This document shows positions 16,112 to 22,180 of a DNA stretch of 24,716 nucleotides, piece after piece. A program made the translations under genes and the position numbers. The number at the start of each line of letters is the position of its first letter. Within the stretch, counting starts at the first letter, position 1. Under the pieces are notes generated by a model. The model searched no databases. It saw nothing but the letters and a program-made list of their open reading frames with translations, and was not told the DNA's origin. Source of the DNA: a virus (taxonomy: Duplodnaviria; Caudoviricetes); IMG/VR virus record IMGVR_UViG_3300032074_000028, positions 1 to 24,716 of that record, one strand, 5' to 3'.

Positions 16112-16414
16112 GGGTTGGTCCTCCCTTGCGCGGGCTGGCCCAGCGCCAGCCCTAGCGGTCACGCGCGGTCACGAACCGCGTGGATGGCCACAGAGCCCCG
16201 TGGGGATGTGCCATGCCGTGCCTGCCACGCGTCACCACGACGCGTGAGTGTGTGAACCCTGGCCACCCTGGTGACGGGTGCGTGTCCACTCGCCGCTTGC
16301 CCCCGTCGGGCCGGGTCATCCGGCGCGGGTAGGTCGCGGGTACGTGTACGGGTCGCTGTTGAGTTGTCAACGTGCCCGGCCGGGCCGACCGCGTGAGCGG
16401 CGCCGTGTGGCCGT

Positions 16415-16471
16415 GAGTGCCTGTCCGGGGAGTCGCACCCCGGCACGCCCCGTAGGGCGTCCTGGCCAGGC
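16415..16471 (-). ncRNA. Mini tRNA-like element G
   Basis: GCCUG-GCCAGG-ACGCCC UACG GGGCGU-G-CCGGGG UGCGACU CCCCGG-A-CAGGC-ACUC (C-UNCG-G loop). Confidence 0.7.
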
Positions 16472-16473
16472 TT

Positions 16474-16498
16474 GGGGGGGCGGGCGAGCCGCCCCCCC
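16474..16498 (-). terminator. GC hairpin after the first early gene
   Basis: GGGGGGGCGG-N5-CCGCCCCCCC, no U tail. Confidence 0.45.
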
Positions 16499-16508
16499 CC
16501 CGGGTGGG

Positions 16509-17075
16509 TCAGGCCGTCTTGCGCGCCTTGACGTGGGTCGGGCAGGGCACCGCGCGCCCGGCCTGCTTGGCGGCCGCCGCACCGTCCGCCGTGCGGTAGG
16601 GCTGCCCGGCGCGGGACCCCACGCCCCGGACGACCTTGAGGTCGCGGCAGGTCTTGCACGTGATCGCGTGGCTCGCCGCGATCCGGGCCGCGATCGCCGG
16701 AGGGACCTCACGGGCAGGCTTGGCCACGGGGGCAGGCTTGCCCTGGACCTTTGCGAGCTCGGCAGTCACCCGGGCGAGCTCCCGGGTGAGGTAGGCGAGC
16801 CGGTCGTCCGCCTTCGCAGGCTTGGCAGGCTTGGCAGGCTTCGCCGTCGGCCGGGCCGGACGGACGACTGCCACCGGCGAGAACGTGTACACGTGGCCCC
16901 GGTTGGCCTTGACGCCCGCCGGAGTCCGGCCGACGGTCACGCCCCCGTGGATCTTGCAAGCGAGGGAGCGAGCGGCGGAACGGGCCGGAGTGTCGTCCTG
17001 CCCCGGCACGTAGACCCGGATGGTGCCCTCCGGGGAGTCAACGCGGGTGGCCTGACGGGTGGTGGTGGTGCTCAT
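16509..17075 (-). CDS. Basic protein with AKP repeats and C-terminal zinc finger (188 aa), first early gene
   Basis: AKPAKPAKPAKA; CKTC...CPTH; GAGAGGACC RBS. Confidence 0.8.
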   Translation of the reverse strand: MSTTTTRQATRVDSPEGTIRVYVPGQDDTPARSAARSLACKIHGGVTVGRTPAGVKANRGHVYTFSPVAVVRPARPTAKPAKPAKPAKADDRLAYLTRELARVTAELAKVQGKPAPVAKPAREVPPAIAARIAASHAITCKTCRDLKVVRGVGSRAGQPYRTADGAAAAKQAGRAVPCPTHVKARKTA

Positions 17076-17257
17076 CGTGGGTGGTCCTCTCGTGAGTGCC
17101 GCACCGGCCGATCCGGTGTTGCCTCGTCAGTTTAACCACAGACCGTGCCATGGTGCCCATCGGGCCACTCGAAAGGGTGAATGCCGGACACCGTTCCACG
17201 GTAAACCTGCAGGTCAGACGCGAATTCAGAAAGTTCATAACGAAACGGTCACGACGA

Positions 17258-17507
17258 CCAGGTCGCACCCTCCGGCCCCTCTGCCAGGCCTGCCAGGCAC
17301 GGCCAGGCACGGCACGGCCAGGCCTGGCCACCCCGGCAGCCCGTGCCCTGGTGGTGCTGCCCTGGTGCTGCCCTGGTGCCCGTGCCCGGTGCGCCTGGCT
17401 GGTGGTGAGCCGGTCCGGTGCCAGGCCTGCCGGTCTGGCCTGCCGGTGCGTGGCGCCGCCACTCACTGCCAGGCCTGGCCGTGCGGAGGCAGGCCTGCCC
17501 GGCCTGG
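17258..17507. repeat. Cluster of short GCCAGG/CCTGG-type repeats
   Basis: 14 CCWGG sites counted by hand in 250 bp of non-coding DNA. Confidence 0.8.
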
Positions 17508-17760
17508 CTGGTCGGTCGGGGTGTAGGCCGGGACACCCCGGACCGTCCCGCCCCGCGCGGAGAACCCCGCGTGCGCAGGGATTCCTTGCCGCGCACGCCC
17601 ACGCGAGACCCGGGGTTGTTAACGAGCCGGCCGCCCCCAGTAACACGTACCCGACCGTGATTTCCAGGTGGAGCGGGGGGAGGTGGGGCCCGTGTACGGG
17701 CCGGGGGTTGACCCGGGGGAACATCACGGGAGGTAACGGTTTGGTAACATCTGGTCAGAG

Positions 17761-17788
17761 GCTGTCCGGTTTTCGCGGTCCGGACAGC
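17761..17788. repeat. Inverted repeat next to an AT-rich box
   Basis: GCTGTCCGG-N10-CCGGACAGC followed by TATAAAA. Confidence 0.6.
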
Positions 17789-18029
17789 TCTATAAAAGAT
17801 GGGTCCTTCGAGTTGAGGCCGAGCCGCAGGCGAGCGCCGACACCCGGCCGGTCCGGCCGGTTGGTCCACCCCGGGGCGGGGCTAGAGGAGCCCCGGGGGT
17901 TGGCCGGTACATGGCCGGCCGGTTCGTTCACAAACGGCCATACCCATGTCCTTTTCTCGGACCATTCCCAGTGACCATTACCTGGGTCGGGGCCTCCTTT
18001 AATCCGGCCCCTGGTCGAGGCCGCTTTTA

Positions 18030-18061
18030 CCGCGAGCCGAATATCCCGCGAGCCGAATATC
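18030..18061 (+). repeat. Perfect 16-bp tandem repeat, 2 copies
   Basis: CCGCGAGCCGAATATC x2, just upstream of the first rightward gene. Confidence 0.9.
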
Positions 18062-18085
18062 CCCGCCTGATCTTGGAGTGTGCTG

Positions 18086-19264
18086 GTGCCTCTGTCTCCC
18101 GTCCGTACCGTCGAGCAGTCGCAGCTGCAGGGGCATGGGATCCGTCGGATGCGCGCGGAGTTCCCGGTCGCCCCGCAGCTGGACGTCTGGGACGTGGTCA
18201 CCGACGCGTCGATGTCGATGACGCCCGCGCAGACGACGCAGGGCACGGTGCTGGCGATCAACACCGGCACGACGGTCAACGCGACGTCGTCGATCACGAG
18301 CAAGGAGGTCTTCACCGCCCCGTTCCGGGCGACGGCGTCGATCCAGCTGTCGCAGAAGATCGCCAACTGCCAGGTGTACTTCGAGGCGGTGGCGTGCGAC
18401 CCGGTCACCGGGGTGATCGACGAGTCCCGGGTGTTGGCCTGGCGCTTCTGCGGCGATGACAGCGTGACGGCCACCCAGGCGTCGTACGACGTGCAGAACG
18501 GTGGCGCGGCCCGGTTCCGCAACGGCAACCAGTCGGTCAACTCGTACGTGGGTGCGCTGACGACGACGGCGCCGGTGACGACGTTCGAGCTCGAGCACCT
18601 GGTCGACGACGTCTTCTGGCACTACCGGACGTCGGACAACATCGCGTCGGCGCGTGGCACCTACCAGCGGACGACGACGGTGCCGAACCCGAACCTCGCC
18701 TACAAGATCCGGGTGCGGATCCTGAACGGCGGTGTGGCCCCGGCTTCGACGACCACCGTGTGGGTGGGTCACATCACGGCGGACTCGCACACCGAGACGC
18801 CGGTGGAGCTGGTCGGCGGGCGCGGCTCGACGGCTCCCGGCCAGGCGATGGCGGTGGCGGTGACGAACTCGCCGGCGGTGGGCATCTCGGGCACGCAGTT
18901 CGTCGTGCCGTCTTCGTCTGCGACGGTGGGCACGGCGCCGACGGCGATCCGTTTCGACGCTCTGCTGGCGACGGCGTCCACGGTGAAGGCCACGGCGGGC
19001 CGGCTGTTCTGGGCGGCGATCTACAACCCGAACGCGGCGATGGCCGCGGTGCACTTTTACAACGCGACGGCCCCGACGGTGGGCACGACGGCCCCGGTGT
19101 TGACGATTCCGGTGGCGGCTGGTGCGACGGTGATTCTGCCTGCGGCTGCGGGCGGCTACCTGTCGAACGGCACGGCGATCACGGTGGCGGCGACGACGAC
19201 GGCGACGACGGCTGGTGCGGTCGCCCCGACGACGGGGCTGTCGGTGGCCGTGGGGTACCTGTGA
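18086..19264 (+). CDS. Thr/Ala/Val-rich beta-structured protein, probably virion-associated (fibre or decoration)
   Basis: Strong coding bias and beta-sandwich-like composition. GGAG lies 7 nt before GTG 18086 (alternative start 18080). Function is inferred. Confidence 0.7.
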   Translation: MPLSPVRTVEQSQLQGHGIRRMRAEFPVAPQLDVWDVVTDASMSMTPAQTTQGTVLAINTGTTVNATSSITSKEVFTAPFRATASIQLSQKIANCQVYFEAVACDPVTGVIDESRVLAWRFCGDDSVTATQASYDVQNGGAARFRNGNQSVNSYVGALTTTAPVTTFELEHLVDDVFWHYRTSDNIASARGTYQRTTTVPNPNLAYKIRVRILNGGVAPASTTTVWVGHITADSHTETPVELVGGRGSTAPGQAMAVAVTNSPAVGISGTQFVVPSSSATVGTAPTAIRFDALLATASTVKATAGRLFWAAIYNPNAAMAAVHFYNATAPTVGTTAPVLTIPVAAGATVILPAAAGGYLSNGTAITVAATTTATTAGAVAPTTGLSVAVGYL

Positions 19265-19830
19265 CCCACCCGACTCCTGACGCCCCGAACGATCCGACTG
19301 CCCCGCGTGTCGAGTACTGGCAGTCGAAGTACCCGACGTACGCGGACCGGGCGAAGGCGGTGGACAAGTCGCTGGGCTTGGACCGCGGCGGCTGGGATCT
19401 GGGGGTGCGTTCGGCGGCGAAGGAGTACGAGTGGAATCTGGCGTACGCCTACCACTTCGGCGCGTTCGATCCGCTGCGGTATCAGGCGGCGATGGCCACG
19501 AAGGACGGGATCGGTTCGATCCACTCCAACGATCCGTTGATGCGCCGGTCGAACAGTGAGCAGCCGAGCGTCTACCAGCGGGCGGCGAGCTACATGGCCC
19601 AGTACGGGTCTGAGGTGCCGCCGTCCGAGCGGGCGCCGGTGCAGAACCATGAGGTGGCCGGGATGATGGGCGCTTTTGCCCGGCATCTGCTGGGCGGCCT
19701 GGGTGTGTTGCCGGCTCCTGGCGTGCACGCGCAGTCTGACCCGGACACGCGGGCGGCTCCGACCGGCCTCTACCAGGGCACTCCCCCGCCGACTGCTGCG
19801 CCTGGTGTGCACGCGAGTCAACAGGTGTGA
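19261..19830 (+). CDS. Hypothetical protein (189 aa)
   Basis: GTGA overlap with the previous stop; APGVHA occurs twice near the C-terminus. Confidence 0.7.
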   Translation: MTHPTPDAPNDPTAPRVEYWQSKYPTYADRAKAVDKSLGLDRGGWDLGVRSAAKEYEWNLAYAYHFGAFDPLRYQAAMATKDGIGSIHSNDPLMRRSNSEQPSVYQRAASYMAQYGSEVPPSERAPVQNHEVAGMMGAFARHLLGGLGVLPAPGVHAQSDPDTRAAPTGLYQGTPPPTAAPGVHASQQV

Positions 19831-19838
19831 CGTACCGC

Positions 19839-19868
19839 TTGCGGTCGCACGGTCACGCAGTGTAAGTT
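19839..19868 (+). promoter_or_regulatory. Putative promoter for the tRNA-like/terminase transcript
   Basis: TTGCGG-N18-TAAGTT. Confidence 0.45.
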
Positions 19869-19960
19869 TTTTCTCAACGGGTTCGCCGAGCCCGGGCAGT
19901 GAGTCCGTTCAGTCGGACCCGGTCTGCCGAAGTCGGGTGGGAGTCGCGGCCCTAAGCCGC

Positions 19961-20031
19961 TCGGGCGTTGGCGTAACGGCAGCGCACGGGGCCCCGGGCC
20001 CCGAGGTGGGGTTCGACTCCCCGCGCCCGGC
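19961..20031 (+). tRNA. Degenerate tRNA / tRNA-like gene (nominal anticodon CCG)
   Basis: Acceptor TCGGGCG/CGCCCGG, D-arm GCGTAACGGCAGCGC, anticodon arm CGGGG-CCCCGGG-CCCCG, T-arm TGGGG-TTCGACT-CCCCG. No U33 and no encoded CCA. Confidence 0.7.
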
Positions 20032-20196
20032 GCGTACTGATCGACCGTGCTGTCCCGGTGTGATTGCTGACGGGGCGCTAGAACAGGCACGGTTGGTCTG
20101 GCCCACCGGAGCGGGATCGGGGTGGAACCCGAGACTGACTCCACCTGGGGGCGCCGCGGCCGGGGGTGGGGAAGACCCGCCGGCCACCTACTTGCC

Positions 20197-20228
20197 CAGC
20201 CCCGCCCGTGTCTTTCCGGGCGGGGCTG
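20197..20228 (+). terminator. Strong hairpin upstream of terminase
   Basis: 12-bp stem CAGCCCCGCCCG / CGGGCGGGGCTG with an 8-nt loop. Confidence 0.5.
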
Positions 20229-20361
20229 CTGGCGTTCCGGTGCACGTGGAAGTCCGCGCGCCCGCACAGCTTGCAGCGCCGGCCACCTGTCGCCCTGATC
20301 ACGCCCGGAGTCTCTCCTGTCTGTCAACCGCGCCCGCTCCTCGACCCGCCGGACCACGACC

Positions 20362-22167
20362 GTGGCCGACGCGAAGGAGAAGGTGCTCGCCGCGATCCGC
20401 GACGGGGTCCAGGTCAAGGAGGCGATGGCGCTCGTCGACCGGTCGCCGCTGACGTACGTGGACTGGAGGAAGACCGACTCGGTCTTCGCCGCGAAGGTGG
20501 ACCAGGTCCGCGAGGTCGCCCGGGCAGCGAGGTCACGGAACGGTAACGGCGCCACGGAGGTGCCGGACTTCCCGGAGTTCTGCGAGCGGTACCTGGACAT
20601 GCCGATGCCGCTGCACCACCTGCGCATCTGGGACGTCCTGAACGGCCGCGAACCGCGCGACATGCACCCGGCGATCCGCTACGCCGAGGGCCGCAAGGGC
20701 CGGCTGCTGGTCAACCTGCCACCGTACCATGCCAAGACTCAGGTGTGGACGGTCAACTACTGCATCTGGCGCATGATGCTAGACCCAAACGTCCGAATCG
20801 CTGTGGTTTCTCAAACGCAGCAGTTCGCCAAAAAGATCATCCACCAGGTCAAGCAGATCCTCGAGCTCCCCCAGTTCGCCAAGCTGCACGCGGCCTTCAT
20901 GCCCGAAGGTGGCTGGCAGGGCTCGTCCTGGACGAAGACCGAGATCTACCTGTCCGGCGTCGACAAGGCGCAGAACGATCCGACCCTGCAGGCGCTCGGG
21001 CTCGGGGGTCAGATTTATGGCTCAAGGCTCGATGTAATCCTGTGTGACGACCTCGTGACCAGCAAGAACGTGCACACGTACAAGGAGCTGGCCGACTGGA
21101 TCGGCGCCGAGGTCGCCAACCGGATGGACGACGACGGCGTGCTGCACGTGCTGGGCACCCGGATGGGTTCCAACGACCTGTACTCCGAGCTGCGCGACCT
21201 GGTCGAGTGGGACGGCGAGAAGCAGGTCTGGACCTACTTCGCCCAGCCGGCCGTCTTCGAGATGCCGGAGCCGCACCCGTCCACGTGGATGACCCTGTGG
21301 CCGGCGAAGTGGCCGGGCGAATCGCTGGCCCGGCTCAAGGCCGAGGCCACCGCGGCCCGCTGGATGCTCACCTACCAGCAGATGGACGCCACGATCGACC
21401 AGGTCTTCCCGACCGGGGCGGTGATGGCCTCGGTCGACGGCCGCCGCTCCTCGGGTCCCATCGAGGGGCTGTACACGGTGCTCGGCGTGGACCCCGCGGC
21501 CGAGGGCTTCACCGCGATGATCGTGCTCGGGTACGACCGGGCGACCGGCCAGAGGTTCGTGCTCGACGGTTTTAACATGGCACGGACACCGCCCGAACTG
21601 CTGATCAACAAGATCAAGGCGTTCGTGACGCAGTACCGCTGTCGTGAGGCGATCGTAGAACGCAACGCGTTTCAGTCGTTTATCACGAATTCGGCCGATC
21701 TCCGCGACTTCATGTACGCGGAGGGGTGCCTGCTGAACCCGCACTACACCGGCAGCCAGAAATGGGACGAGTCGCTCGGCGTCGCCAGCCTCGCCCCGCT
21801 GTTCCTGTCGTGCGCGGACCACGACCTCGAGTCCGACAAGTGGTCGGCGCGGCCATTCGACAAGCACCTGATCTCGCTGCCCAACCCGAGGTTCTCCACG
21901 TTCGTGGACGCGCTGACGATGCAGCTGACGACCTGGCAGCCCAAGGACGGCCAGCGCCAGCAGCACACGAAGACAGACCTCGTCATGGCCCTGTGGATGG
22001 CCAACATCGGCATCCAGAAGGTCATTGACCAGCAGCGGAACACCGCCTCCCACCACGCCAACCCCTACACCCCCCGGGCCGATGCCCGGACGCGCGCCGT
22101 CGTGAACCTGCAGGAGCTGCGCGAGATGCAGCTGCGGGGGGCGAAGGAGCAGTCGATCTACGCCTAG
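20362..22167 (+). CDS. terL: Terminase large subunit with N-terminal HTH-like extension
   Basis: Walker A variant LLVNLPPYHAKT, GSRLDVILCDDL (Walker B), LGTR (motif III), and nuclease aspartates in LGVDPA and TDLVMAL. Confidence 0.92.
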   Translation: MADAKEKVLAAIRDGVQVKEAMALVDRSPLTYVDWRKTDSVFAAKVDQVREVARAARSRNGNGATEVPDFPEFCERYLDMPMPLHHLRIWDVLNGREPRDMHPAIRYAEGRKGRLLVNLPPYHAKTQVWTVNYCIWRMMLDPNVRIAVVSQTQQFAKKIIHQVKQILELPQFAKLHAAFMPEGGWQGSSWTKTEIYLSGVDKAQNDPTLQALGLGGQIYGSRLDVILCDDLVTSKNVHTYKELADWIGAEVANRMDDDGVLHVLGTRMGSNDLYSELRDLVEWDGEKQVWTYFAQPAVFEMPEPHPSTWMTLWPAKWPGESLARLKAEATAARWMLTYQQMDATIDQVFPTGAVMASVDGRRSSGPIEGLYTVLGVDPAAEGFTAMIVLGYDRATGQRFVLDGFNMARTPPELLINKIKAFVTQYRCREAIVERNAFQSFITNSADLRDFMYAEGCLLNPHYTGSQKWDESLGVASLAPLFLSCADHDLESDKWSARPFDKHLISLPNPRFSTFVDALTMQLTTWQPKDGQRQQHTKTDLVMALWMANIGIQKVIDQQRNTASHHANPYTPRADARTRAVVNLQELREMQLRGAKEQSIYA

Positions 22168-22180
22168 AGGGAGCCCCCGC

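Noticed and set aside
12049-16471. Reading the repeated intergenic elements as true tRNAs, terminators, CRISPR repeats or attC sites
   Set aside because: They have no anticodon arm, are three-way junctions without U-tails, are not identical repeats, and lack attC RYYYAAC/GTTRRRY ends. Strand-specific RNA tetraloops favour an RNA-level role.
17038-17974. ORFs of 155-292 aa across the inter-arm region
   Set aside because: Low-complexity Arg/Pro/Gly/Ala translations of repeat-rich DNA in several frames, with no RBS.
20031-20160. Theta/HDV-like ribozyme after the tRNA-like gene
   Set aside because: I could not build the nested double pseudoknot by eye; an Infernal search would settle it.
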